Source: Chthoniobacterales bacterium
GTDB taxonomy: Bacteria > Verrucomicrobiota > Verrucomicrobiia > Chthoniobacterales > Chthoniobacteraceae
Direction: 5' to 3'
NCBI GenBank assembly: GCA_038207335.1
Contig: JBBQZX010000018.1
Location: 49,691-113,690, forward strand
Length of the DNA stretch: 64,000 nt
Each line of letters begins with the position of its first letter. Position 1 is the stretch's first letter. A program made the translations under genes and the position numbers. Shown here in pieces: positions 19,171 through 28,326 of this stretch. The notes below the pieces were generated by a model. It saw nothing but the letters and a program-made list of their open reading frames with translations, did not search any database and was not told the DNA's origin.

Positions 19171-20280
19171 ATGTCCGCCCCGCAAATTCTCATCGTCGCC
19201 AACGACCCCATCCTCTCGACCATCTACGGCGAAGGGCTGGCCGCCGCTGGCTTTCACGCCGTCGTCGCTACCACAGGCGAAGAAGCGCTCCGGCTCCTGC
19301 CAAACGAACAGATCCGCGCCGTCGCCCTCGACCTGGCGCTCCCCACCATGAGCGCCGCCGAGGTCGTCGATCGCCTCCGCGCAGAAAAATCCACCCGCCT
19401 TCTCCCCATCATCGGCCTCCCCACCGACATCGAGCCCCTAGCCCGCAACGCCACGAAAGCGGGCCTCACTCGGCGGCTCAAGCGGTTCGCAAATCCCGTC
19501 GCCACCCTCATCCAAGCCATCCTCGGCGCGGTGACATTTGACGACGAGAGCATCGCGACCGGAACACAGCCCCCGCAGCCCGTGCGCTTGCCGCACGGCG
19601 CTCTCGAACACCGTCTCGCGCAGCTTCGCCATTCGCTTCCGTCCGCCACCGCCGCCGCCCCCTCCCCGACTCGCTTTTCCCAGCTTCTCCAGGACATCCA
19701 CCAGTTCACCGAGCTCGCCGCCCTCTCCACTCGCGCCCCACTTTTCCAAATGGCCGGTGCCACCGAGTCCCTCATCTTCGACCTCCATCGCCAGACCGCC
19801 GCCGTTACCCCCTCCTGCATCCGTACCATCGGCCAAGCCATCGACCTCCTCGCCACACTCATCGCCGCCGATGCCGCCGCCCCAGACACTCCCAGCGCCA
19901 CGCAAGTCCTCGTCGTCGACGACGACGCCAACGCCCGCCAGCTCATCATGGCCGCGCTCTCCCTCGTCAACCTCACCTCCGCCCCCGCCGCCACACCCGC
20001 ATCCGCCCTCGAAATACTCACGCAGACGTCATTTGAGCTCATCTTCCTCGACATCGGGATGCCGAAAATGAACGGCTTCGAACTCTGCACGAAAATTCGC
20101 GCACTACCGCTCCACGCGAAGACCCCCATCGTATTTCTCACCGGCTCTTCCTCATTTGAAAATCGTGTCCAGTCCAGCCTCCGGGGCGGCAACGACTTCG
20201 TCGGCAAACCCTTCAGCCTTGCCGAACTCGGCCTCAAAGCCCTCCTCTGGATCGGGAAAAGTCGCGTCCTCGCGGCATGA
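19171..20280 (+). CDS. Response regulator with two receiver domains and a central Hpt-like helical region
   Basis: Degenerate N-terminal REC (ILIVAND...ALDLALP); canonical C-terminal REC (VLVVDDD, FLDIGMPKMNG, FVGKP). Confidence 0.85.
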   Translation: MSAPQILIVANDPILSTIYGEGLAAAGFHAVVATTGEEALRLLPNEQIRAVALDLALPTMSAAEVVDRLRAEKSTRLLPIIGLPTDIEPLARNATKAGLTRRLKRFANPVATLIQAILGAVTFDDESIATGTQPPQPVRLPHGALEHRLAQLRHSLPSATAAAPSPTRFSQLLQDIHQFTELAALSTRAPLFQMAGATESLIFDLHRQTAAVTPSCIRTIGQAIDLLATLIAADAAAPDTPSATQVLVVDDDANARQLIMAALSLVNLTSAPAATPASALEILTQTSFELIFLDIGMPKMNGFELCTKIRALPLHAKTPIVFLTGSSSFENRVQSSLRGGNDFVGKPFSLAELGLKALLWIGKSRVLAA

Positions 20281-20457
20281 ATCACGCTGTCAAAGAGCTG
20301 AGCGACACTTGCTCCGCACCCCCCAAAAGCCCCCGCGCGACCCCTCCCAAACGATTCCTCTTCTGACCCCTGACACGACTGTCACCATTTCAGAGAATAT
20401 TTTATCACAAACTACTTGCGTCCCTCCCAGAATCCATTAATTAGAACCCTCATCCCC

Positions 20458-21555
20458 ATGAAATCACTCGACCTCCTCCTCCGGAAATCCGTCGCCGTCC
20501 TCGCCATCGCGATCACGGCCCCGCTCCTCCAGACCGCCTCCGCCGATACCGCAACGACCGATCCGGTCGGGTTTGTGACCATGAACATTGCCGGCACTGG
20601 CGGCGGGTCGCAGGGAAAAATCTCCTTCAAAGCGCTCGGCCTCACGCAACCCGTTGTCTATCAAGGCAGTGCCGAAACTGTGAACGTCGGTACCAAGACC
20701 CTAACCGACAACGAGGCCACATGGACGGACAGCCAATTCAACGGAGCGGCCGGCCTCTACTATCTCGAAATCGTTCGCCCAGTAGGCCAAGCCACCGCTG
20801 CCCCCGGCGAAGGCACCACCTACGACATCGCCTCCACAAACGCTTCGGCGAAAACGATTGCGACGGTTCAGCCACTCGCATCTGCCCTCGTAAACGGCGC
20901 AAATTTCAAGATTCGCAAACACTGGACCATCGCAACCGTTTTTGGGCCCACCAATACAGCTGGCCTAGGTGCTGGAGGCGACCCCACTACTGCTGACCAA
21001 CTTCAGATCTGGTCTAATAATGGTACGACCAGCGGATTTTCCACGTATTACTACCAAAACCTCTCTACTCAACAGGGCGGAACGGGATGGAGGTCAGCGG
21101 ATGACAACTTTGCAGATGCCTCTGCAACGCCCATTTATCCAGATGATTCACTTGTATTCCGCAGGCTTCAAAGCGCCGCAGCGAATGTCGTAGTAATGGG
21201 AGCTGTTAAGACGGGCCAATCTTCTATTCCAGTTCAAGCAGGTGTCAACATTCTCGGAAATGTTTACGCCGCGCCAATGACGCTCCAGAGTTGTGGTTTG
21301 CAGGCGAGCGGCATCTCAGCAGGCGGTGACCCGACAACGGCGGATCAAGTGCAACTTTGGAATGGCACTGGCTACGATACCTACTACTATCAGAATCTGC
21401 CGACCAACCAGGGAGGAACTGGCTGGAGATCTGCCGACGACCAATTTGCAGATGCCGGAAACACTTCGATTCCCGTTGGAGCCGCAGTCGTGGTCCGGCA
21501 CAATTTCGGCGCTGCATTGAATTGGGTCAGCCCGCAACATCCCAGCTCACTCTGA
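20458..21555 (+). CDS. Secreted TIGR02597-like verrucomicrobial surface protein with internal duplication
   Basis: Signal peptide then ATTDPVGFVTMNI; HWTIATVFG; two copies of AGGDPTTADQ..W...YYYQNL...QGGTGWRSADD.FADA. Confidence 0.75.
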   Translation: MKSLDLLLRKSVAVLAIAITAPLLQTASADTATTDPVGFVTMNIAGTGGGSQGKISFKALGLTQPVVYQGSAETVNVGTKTLTDNEATWTDSQFNGAAGLYYLEIVRPVGQATAAPGEGTTYDIASTNASAKTIATVQPLASALVNGANFKIRKHWTIATVFGPTNTAGLGAGGDPTTADQLQIWSNNGTTSGFSTYYYQNLSTQQGGTGWRSADDNFADASATPIYPDDSLVFRRLQSAAANVVVMGAVKTGQSSIPVQAGVNILGNVYAAPMTLQSCGLQASGISAGGDPTTADQVQLWNGTGYDTYYYQNLPTNQGGTGWRSADDQFADAGNTSIPVGAAVVVRHNFGAALNWVSPQHPSSL

Positions 21556-21585
21556 CCCCCGTTGTGTGCTTTAACCCCACTGAAA

Positions 21586-22287
21586 ATGATCTATAAAACT
21601 GCACTAACCGCATTATTCGCCACCAGTATTTTCGTTGCAGCGGCGATGGAGTCGGACGCTGCAACAATTGCATGGAACGCTTCGTCCTCTAACAACGGCT
21701 TTGACACAAAGAACGGCACCGACTTGCAGGCAGGTAATTTCGTACGCATCGGCAACTTCAACATTAGCGACAGCGAGATCCAAGCACGTTTTCAAGTGGG
21801 AGACCTGCAATATCTCGATTTACACTTCACAGAAGCTGCTACAACCACGATTGGAACAGGGGTCGGAAACAACGATGGACACTTCACGAAAAACACTCCT
21901 TCCTACAACAATGCCATAGCGCTAGCTGGCAAGCAGGTATACATCTGGGTACTGAACTCCACAAATAACAGCAACATATCGACAAGCATAAACACGGCCT
22001 TTGAAGTCGGGATTTTTTACGAGCCGCTTGCGAGCAACTCCTCTTGGGCGTTTCCAGCTGATGCTGCGGCCGGGAGCACTGCTGTCTCAACAGGCCAACT
22101 GGCGAACGCTGCCGGAAATGCAGCGCTTCCAGAAGCTAAATTTATTGTCGGTCAGTTTGGTCCGGGAACAACAGCTCTGAGTGGAAAAACAGCTTTTACC
22201 CTCGCTGCTGTCCCTGAGCCCGGCAGCATCGGCTTGGCGCTTTTGGGCGGGGTGGCCTTGCTCGCGCGGCGGCGGCGGATGAGCTGA
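21586..22287 (+). CDS. PEP-CTERM sorting domain protein
   Basis: Signal peptide; VPEPGSIGLALLGGVALLARRRR. Confidence 0.93.
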   Translation: MIYKTALTALFATSIFVAAAMESDAATIAWNASSSNNGFDTKNGTDLQAGNFVRIGNFNISDSEIQARFQVGDLQYLDLHFTEAATTTIGTGVGNNDGHFTKNTPSYNNAIALAGKQVYIWVLNSTNNSNISTSINTAFEVGIFYEPLASNSSWAFPADAAAGSTAVSTGQLANAAGNAALPEAKFIVGQFGPGTTALSGKTAFTLAAVPEPGSIGLALLGGVALLARRRRMS

Positions 22288-22313
22288 GAGTTGCTTCTCT
22301 CATTTCGATTTCG

Positions 22314-22341
22314 CGAAGGCAAGCCGATCGGCTTGCCTTCG
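22314..22341. terminator. Perfect 28-bp palindrome, probable terminator/attenuator upstream of gspF
   Basis: cgaaggcaagccgatcggcttgccttcg equals its own reverse complement; followed by tgctttt. Confidence 0.65.
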
Positions 22342-22369
22342 TGCTTTTCAGGTCTAGACTCTGAAGCTC

Positions 22370-23644
22370 ATGCCACAATTCAGGTTCGTCGCTCGCAATC
22401 CTGAAGGTCAATTGGTGGACGGTGTCCTCACCTGCAACGACCGCGCTGCCGCCATTCATCAGGTCGAAAAGGCGCGCAACGTCCCGATCAAAATCGAGCC
22501 GATCACCAGCGCCAACAGCGCTGCGAGCCCTTCCAATGCGTCGGCATCCGCGGCTCCGGCAAAGCCCGAAGAAGCTCGCACCACCCCCGCCGCGACCGCT
22601 TCGCTCACGCTCTCCCACACACAGCTCTACCTTTTCACCGAGCAGCTCGCGCACCTTCTCTCGGCGGGCATGACGCTCGACGAAGCCCTCGGCATCCTCG
22701 TTCGTCGGCTCAAGCACCCGCGGCTCGGAGCGCTCTCCAAGGCCCTCCACCAGGGCCTAGTCGATGGCCGCAGCCTCTCGCAAGTCATGCGCGACTTCCC
22801 GCGCATCTTTACTCCGCTCTACGTCAATATGGTCTCCGCCGGCGAAGCCAGCGGCGCGCTCTCCGACATCCTGCGGCGTCTCGTCACACATCTTTCCGAG
22901 CTGAAGGCCCTGCGCGACCGCGTGCAACAGGCCATGGTTTATCCCGCGCTCCTCGTCGTCGTCGGCCTAGGACTCATCGTCGTTTTCATCAAAGTGATGG
23001 TGCCCCAGTTAATGGGATTTTTCACCAAAACCGGGCAAACGCTCCCCCTGCCGACGCGCGTTCTACTCGAGACCAATCGCCTCCTCACGAGCTACTGGTG
23101 GGTCGCCGCGCTCGCCGTCTTCGGCATCTACACGGCCTTCAAGGCACTCACCCGCAGCAAGGAAGGCCGCCACGCATGGGACACCTTCCTCTGGAAGCTC
23201 CCACTTTTCAGCCTCATCATCCGCTACCGCTACTTCGCGCAATTCGCCCGCACGCTCGGCACCTTGATCGAAAATGGCGTGACGCTGCTCCGCGCGCTCG
23301 AGCTGCTTGAGGAAATCTCCGGCAACGAATTCGTGCGTGCAAAAATGAGCGCCGTCCGCCGCGCGGTCGTCGATGGCGCGACGCTCTCCGTCGCGCTCGG
23401 CGAACAGAATATTTTCCCCGAGCTTTTCGTGGACATGATGTCCGTCGGCGAGCAGTCGGGAAAATTCGGCGCGACGATGCAGATGATCGCCGACGTGTAT
23501 GAGCGCGAACTCGACAAGCAGGTGCAAATCACCTCCGCGCTCATCCCACCGCTCGTGATGCTCGCCATCGCCAGCGTCGTCGGCCTCGTCGTCTTCGGCG
23601 TCCTCAGCGCGGTCTTCAGCCTCACGCAGGGCTTGCACGCGTGA
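22370..23644 (+). CDS. gspF: Type II secretion system F family protein (GspF/PilC)
   Basis: FTEQLAHLLSAG, YVNMVSAGEASG, AMVYP, FARTLGTLIENGV, VGEQSG; three TMs. Confidence 0.9.
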   Translation: MPQFRFVARNPEGQLVDGVLTCNDRAAAIHQVEKARNVPIKIEPITSANSAASPSNASASAAPAKPEEARTTPAATASLTLSHTQLYLFTEQLAHLLSAGMTLDEALGILVRRLKHPRLGALSKALHQGLVDGRSLSQVMRDFPRIFTPLYVNMVSAGEASGALSDILRRLVTHLSELKALRDRVQQAMVYPALLVVVGLGLIVVFIKVMVPQLMGFFTKTGQTLPLPTRVLLETNRLLTSYWWVAALAVFGIYTAFKALTRSKEGRHAWDTFLWKLPLFSLIIRYRYFAQFARTLGTLIENGVTLLRALELLEEISGNEFVRAKMSAVRRAVVDGATLSVALGEQNIFPELFVDMMSVGEQSGKFGATMQMIADVYERELDKQVQITSALIPPLVMLAIASVVGLVVFGVLSAVFSLTQGLHA

Positions 23645-23685
23645 GCCACCGCGCATAAGCAAACCGCGCTTTCGAGCCCCCGCAC

Positions 23686-24711
23686 ATGCCGCGTCTTCTC
23701 CTCCTCCTCGCCGCGCTCCTCGGCATCGTCGCGACCGCATCCGCTCAGGAGTTGCGTGTGCAGCCCACGCCGTTCTCCGTCTGGCTCGACCTGCGCTCCA
23801 TCGGCACCGCCAGCCTCACGAAAGCGTCGCTCCCCATCTGGATCGAATCCGTCCAGCGCGACCACACCGAGCGCACCACCGAGATCGCTGAAAAGACGAC
23901 CTTCCGCATCCGCCTCCGCCGCCTCGGCAATCTCAACAACGAAATTCAGCTCCGCATTTTCTTCGATGACGAGCCCGGCGAAAGCCCCGAAATCTCCGGC
24001 TGGACCGAAACCGGGAGCCGTCTCTACAGCTCCAGCCACCTCGGTGCCGGGTTGAGTCTCCCGACTTCCGAGAAAATCACGATCCCGGTGGCAGACCTCG
24101 ATTATCTTGAGATCAACGCACCGGGCGATGGCTCCAGCGTTCGAGGCGCATTCCTCACCACACTGCGAAAATACGAAGGCCGCCACGCGCTCGACTTCGA
24201 GCCCCTGGCATCCGTGGACGATCCCTTCAACGCCTCCATCGAAACCCAACCCAGTCACGACGACTCCTACCTCTACGGCCGCGTCAAAGCCACGCTCGAC
24301 GCCGGCATCGTGAAGCTCACCCCACGCACCGCACCGCGCACTGCCGTCGAATTCGAACTCGACGCCGTCCCTCTCGTCGCTGTCGTCACCTTCGAAATTC
24401 TCGACGTCGATCCGATCTACCCGCCCGACCTCCGCATCAACGACCATCCACTCGGTCACGTCGCGCTCCAGCTCCCCGACCTCGCCGATCCCGGCTTCCA
24501 GGGCGAAGTCCGCCCGCTAGAGCGAGACATGCGCTTTCACTACACCGGCTGGATTCGCTGCCAGCAGATCATCCCCGGCTCGAGCCTCGCCGCGGGCTTG
24601 AATAAACTCGAAATTTCGCTTAATAAAGACTCGACCCCGATCGCCATTCGATCCGTCGAAATCGAACTCAAACATCACTGGCACAACCTCGATTACGAAC
24701 TCTCTCCCTGA
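23686..24711 (+). CDS. Secreted hypothetical protein (beta-rich) between gspF and gspG
   Basis: Signal peptide, host-like codon usage, tight operon spacing. Confidence 0.75.
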   Translation: MPRLLLLLAALLGIVATASAQELRVQPTPFSVWLDLRSIGTASLTKASLPIWIESVQRDHTERTTEIAEKTTFRIRLRRLGNLNNEIQLRIFFDDEPGESPEISGWTETGSRLYSSSHLGAGLSLPTSEKITIPVADLDYLEINAPGDGSSVRGAFLTTLRKYEGRHALDFEPLASVDDPFNASIETQPSHDDSYLYGRVKATLDAGIVKLTPRTAPRTAVEFELDAVPLVAVVTFEILDVDPIYPPDLRINDHPLGHVALQLPDLADPGFQGEVRPLERDMRFHYTGWIRCQQIIPGSSLAAGLNKLEISLNKDSTPIAIRSVEIELKHHWHNLDYELSP

Positions 24712-24714
24712 CCT

Positions 24715-25146
24715 ATGAAATTCTCCCGCTCCCGCTCTCTCGCAGCCTTTACGCTGCTCGAAATCATGATCGTCGTCGTGATCATCGTCCTCCTCCTTGG
24801 CTTCGCGATCTCGAAAATGGGCGGTGCGCTCGACGTGGCAAAAGAAGCGCGAGTCCGCGGTGATATCCAGTCGATCGGCACGCAATTGATGGTCTATCAG
24901 ACACTGAACGGCTTCCTTCCGTCCACCGAGCAGGGCCTCAAAGCCCTCACCACGAAGCCCGAGAGCGAGCCGAAACCGAGGAGTTGGCGCAAGCTGATGG
25001 ACGATGCGCCAATCGACGCCTTTGGCCACGAATACCACTACGTCCAGCCCGGCGTGCACAATCCCGACAAATACGACCTCTTCTCCGGCGGTCCTGATGG
25101 CAAGCCAAGCACTGCCGACGACATGGGGAACTGGAAGCAGGAATAG
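24715..25146 (+). CDS. gspG: Type II secretion major pseudopilin GspG
   Basis: A|FTLLEIMIVVVII prepilin motif, PSTEQGLKAL, PIDAFGHEYHY..PG, YDLFSGGPDG....DDMGNW. Confidence 0.93.
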   Translation: MKFSRSRSLAAFTLLEIMIVVVIIVLLLGFAISKMGGALDVAKEARVRGDIQSIGTQLMVYQTLNGFLPSTEQGLKALTTKPESEPKPRSWRKLMDDAPIDAFGHEYHYVQPGVHNPDKYDLFSGGPDGKPSTADDMGNWKQE

Positions 25147-25293
25147 CGTTCGGGGATATCGCAGTCATCGTTCGAACCGTTGCTCCGCAGGCGGCCGTCG
25201 TAGAGCGTAATCTTTGTCGTTTCGGACGAAAAAAATCGCAGCTACAACCGGATATTGCCCGCACGCTTCGTCCGGCCAACATTCAGAGCGACG

Positions 25294-25530
25294 ATGGCCT
25301 CACTTCCGCAAACTGAAGGTCGTAAGCTGAAACTCTTCCAAGCCAGCGACCCATTTAAGCAGTGGTGGTCGCTCGGAGAGACGCGGGTTTGCGCAAAGTG
25401 CGAACGCCTATTTACCGGTCATGACATCCGCCTTAACTTGGATGACGAGGAAGTCATTCGATTTCAATGTCCGACCGAACATTGTCCCGGGGAATGGACC
25501 GATTGGAATTATCCCCAGCTCCATCTCTGA
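25294..25530 (+). CDS. Small zinc-ribbon-like protein
   Basis: CAKC and CPTEHC cysteine pairs in 78 aa. Confidence 0.7.
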   Translation: MASLPQTEGRKLKLFQASDPFKQWWSLGETRVCAKCERLFTGHDIRLNLDDEEVIRFQCPTEHCPGEWTDWNYPQLHL

Positions 25531-25558
25531 ATAGGTGCGAATTTTGTCAGGGAAAGTA

Positions 25559-25586
25559 TTGACGCCTCACAAGCCTTCGATAGTTT
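25559..25586 (+). promoter_or_regulatory. Putative sigma70 promoter for the 25598 gene
   Basis: TTGACG-16 bp-TAGTTT just upstream of ATG 25598. Confidence 0.45.
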
Positions 25587-25597
25587 TGGAATCCAGT

Positions 25598-25978
25598 ATG
25601 TCAAATCCATCAAACTCGTTAGACCGCATCGAAGCACTCAAAGCTGAGATCGCCTCACTCGAATCCGCCGCCCTTAAAGAACTCAAAGACCGCCGCAGCG
25701 CGCTCGCCAGCGAACTCGCATCCGTCGATGCAGAACTCGCACGCATGACCGGCAAGCCGCTGGACAAAGGTCCGAAACGCACCATCGAAAAGCAGCCTAG
25801 GAAATCCATCCCGTTGCAAGAACTCAAGGAAATGCTCGCCAATGCCCCCGATAAGACGATCGGAATCCGCAAAGAGGGGCTCGATCTCTCGAATATTAAG
25901 ACACTCGCGAACGCGAACCCCGGCCTGCTGCAGATCGGCAACAAGGGTCCTTGGCCGACCGTCACCCTCCTCCGCTAA
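25598..25978 (+). CDS. Small coiled-coil/basic protein, possible nucleoid-associated protein
   Basis: N-terminal coiled coil, Lys/Arg-rich linker, compact C-terminal domain; flanked by its own promoter and terminator. Confidence 0.75.
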   Translation: MSNPSNSLDRIEALKAEIASLESAALKELKDRRSALASELASVDAELARMTGKPLDKGPKRTIEKQPRKSIPLQELKEMLANAPDKTIGIRKEGLDLSNIKTLANANPGLLQIGNKGPWPTVTLLR

Positions 25979-26000
25979 CCCTCAGCCGCAATTCGTAATT

Positions 26001-26034
26001 AAAAACCCCGCCGGTCATCCGGCGGGGTTTTTTT
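26001..26034. terminator. Bidirectional intrinsic terminator
   Basis: aaaaaccccgccgg-tcat-ccggcggggttttttt between convergent genes. Confidence 0.9.
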
Positions 26035-26075
26035 GTTTCAAGGCAGTCGCCGTATCCCGGGTTCATGGGCAAGAC

Positions 26076-26723
26076 TCATTGGTCGCTCCCCCGCGATACC
26101 GAGCGCGACGGCACGCGGACCTCCACATCGAAATCCGGGGCCAGCTTGTTGCGCAAGCGATCGGTAAGGGTGGTCAGTGCTTCTCTCTCCAAGCCCGCGC
26201 CGTGCGCTTTCGCCTTTGCGAGGAGTGACAGCGCGCGGATGTCACTCTCGAGTTCGTCCGGCTTGATCTTGTTCCAGATGCCATTTTCGAGCGCGAGGAT
26301 TTCGAGGCTTTTTTCCTCCACGCTGAGGATTTTCGGCGGCGGCACGCTCGCCGTGACGCGCGTCCCTTCCACGCGCACGGAAAAGGGCTGCGTGAGGTCG
26401 AACCCGGCTTTCACGACATAGACGCCGCGCAGTTTGATCCGCTTCGTGCTGCCGAGCCACTCGTGTTCCGTCTCGCGTTCGATTTGCGTCTCGCGGCTCA
26501 CGACGGCGAGGTCGAGGACGGAGGTCGTCTGCTCGAAAAAGACGCGGTCGTGAATCGTGATCTTTGGCTGCAAATGCGCGACCTCTGCGAACGCCCGGCT
26601 TACCTCGCCCGCCGCGCGCGCAGGCCACGCCTCGACGCGCCAGAAGACCCACGCGCCCGCCGCGAGCAGCATCGCGACGAGGATCAGAAAAGTCGCGCGC
26701 CAGCTCAGCCGGGAATCGCTCAT
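26076..26723 (-). CDS. DUF4230 domain membrane-anchored protein
   Basis: N-terminal TM, VVKAGFDL, VPPPKILS; ATG 26723 overlaps the upstream stop. Confidence 0.8.
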   Translation of the reverse strand: MSDSRLSWRATFLILVAMLLAAGAWVFWRVEAWPARAAGEVSRAFAEVAHLQPKITIHDRVFFEQTTSVLDLAVVSRETQIERETEHEWLGSTKRIKLRGVYVVKAGFDLTQPFSVRVEGTRVTASVPPPKILSVEEKSLEILALENGIWNKIKPDELESDIRALSLLAKAKAHGAGLEREALTTLTDRLRNKLAPDFDVEVRVPSRSVSRGSDQ

Positions 26724-27472
26724 GCGCCGCGCAGCGTGCGGTGAAACATCTCCACCGCGATGCCGAGGCATTGACGCGCGAGGACGGGATTGTAGCGCGG
26801 CCCCTCGTCGCGCAGAAACGCGTGCGCGGCGTTGACCTCCAGCCATTGAAAATTCGCGCCGGCGTGATGGAGCGTTTCATGGATCGCCCGTCGGCCTTCG
26901 TTCGGCACATGCGGATCCTGCCGTCCGAAAATCATGAGCAATTCCCCGTGAATATCCCCTCGCGCCGCGCGCTCGAGTGAGTCGTCGTCTTCACCTTCGC
27001 CGAGACTGCGCTTGTGGATGTCGGTCGGGTAAAAGCACGCGGTCGCGAGCACGTCGCGATTCATCGCCGCGCGGAAGGCGAGATGCCCGCCGATGCAGAT
27101 GCCCACAACGCCAAGGCGTCCCGTGCAGGCCGACTGTGCGGCGAGGAAATCGAGCGCAGAGCGCGCGTCGGCGTCATAGTTCGCGAGCGGTTTTGTGACC
27201 TTCAATTCATTGCCGCGATCGGCTCCGGCAGAGTCGTAGGCGAGCACCGTCCCGGCCGCTTCATACTCGTGATAAATCTCGGGCACTGCGACGACGAAGC
27301 CGTTCCCCGCGAGCATCGCCGCAGTGCGGCGGATGGGGCCCGTTACTTGGAAAATCTCGGAGAACAAAATGAGACCCGGATATTTTCCCTCCGCCGATGG
27401 ACGGAAAAGATGCGTGCGCATCGGGCCAGCCGGCGTCGCGATGTCGGAGAATTCATGATCGAGAGTCGTCAT
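26720..27472 (-). CDS. Dienelactone hydrolase family protein
   Basis: SEIFQVT, VGICIGGHL (GxCxGG), QDPHVP, AHAFLRD. Confidence 0.92.
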   Translation of the reverse strand: MTTLDHEFSDIATPAGPMRTHLFRPSAEGKYPGLILFSEIFQVTGPIRRTAAMLAGNGFVVAVPEIYHEYEAAGTVLAYDSAGADRGNELKVTKPLANYDADARSALDFLAAQSACTGRLGVVGICIGGHLAFRAAMNRDVLATACFYPTDIHKRSLGEGEDDDSLERAARGDIHGELLMIFGRQDPHVPNEGRRAIHETLHHAGANFQWLEVNAAHAFLRDEGPRYNPVLARQCLGIAVEMFHRTLRGA

Positions 27473-27477
27473 AATAT

Positions 27478-28227
27478 TTAGCCGCCGTAGGCTCGGACGC
27501 GCGACTTCCAGCCAGCCAGCCATCGCGATTCGTTTCGGTCGGGCGGCGAGTTCTTAACTCGTCGTTCGAGCACATTCGCGGCACTCGCGGCGAAGGCCTC
27601 CGGCGAGCTGCCGCGCATCCCGGCAAGGACTTGCAGCAGGCCCCAGCCCTCGCCTTTGTAACGCTCCTCCGGCTTCGTTCCTTCGCCTTTGAAATTTACG
27701 TAATCAATGAGCGCAAATGTCCCAGCGCCCGTCGCCGCGAGACTGCGGAAATTCTCGCGAATCTTGTCCCGCTGCCCGCCGGGCGCCGCCGCGACCATCT
27801 TCGGCAGCGCCTCGTCCATACGTTGCGCAAGGAAGCGGCTTTGCTGCGGGACCGTCGCCGCCAGCATGTCACGCAGCTCGTTCATCCGCACGCTGTGAAA
27901 ATCTTTTTGAAACTCCGCTCGCGTGCTCCACGGGCAATCCGCGCCGTCGCGCAACCAAGCTGGCACCTTGACTCCCGCGTCGCGCAGCGCGCGCACGAGC
28001 TTCGGAAAACTCTCCTCGAACGGCCCGCTCGCGCCGCGCGGATACCAGATGAAATGCCCGATGCCGAGCGATGCAAAATCCTCACCCACATTCCATGAAG
28101 TCAGCCCGTCGCGAGTCCCGCCACACTCGTTTTTCCAGACGCGCCGTCCGATCGATTCGAGTTCTTTTTCGGAAAGCGCAGCGCTGGCAGTGAGCACGGA
28201 CGCAAGCAGGATGAGGAAAATTTTCAT
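27478..28227 (-). CDS. Secreted conserved hypothetical protein
   Basis: Signal peptide from ATG 28227; WKNECGG, SLGIGHFIWYP, ALIDYVNFKGEG, GWGLLQVL. Confidence 0.8.
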   Translation of the reverse strand: MKIFLILLASVLTASAALSEKELESIGRRVWKNECGGTRDGLTSWNVGEDFASLGIGHFIWYPRGASGPFEESFPKLVRALRDAGVKVPAWLRDGADCPWSTRAEFQKDFHSVRMNELRDMLAATVPQQSRFLAQRMDEALPKMVAAAPGGQRDKIRENFRSLAATGAGTFALIDYVNFKGEGTKPEERYKGEGWGLLQVLAGMRGSSPEAFAASAANVLERRVKNSPPDRNESRWLAGWKSRVRAYGG

Positions 28228-28326
28228 GTTGGATGAGCGCGCGAAGAATACACACGCCGCGAAGTCGTGACCGAGGCAATCGTTTTTCCCCATGACTTGC
28301 GCGGTGCCTCCGGTAGCGTCGCGACC

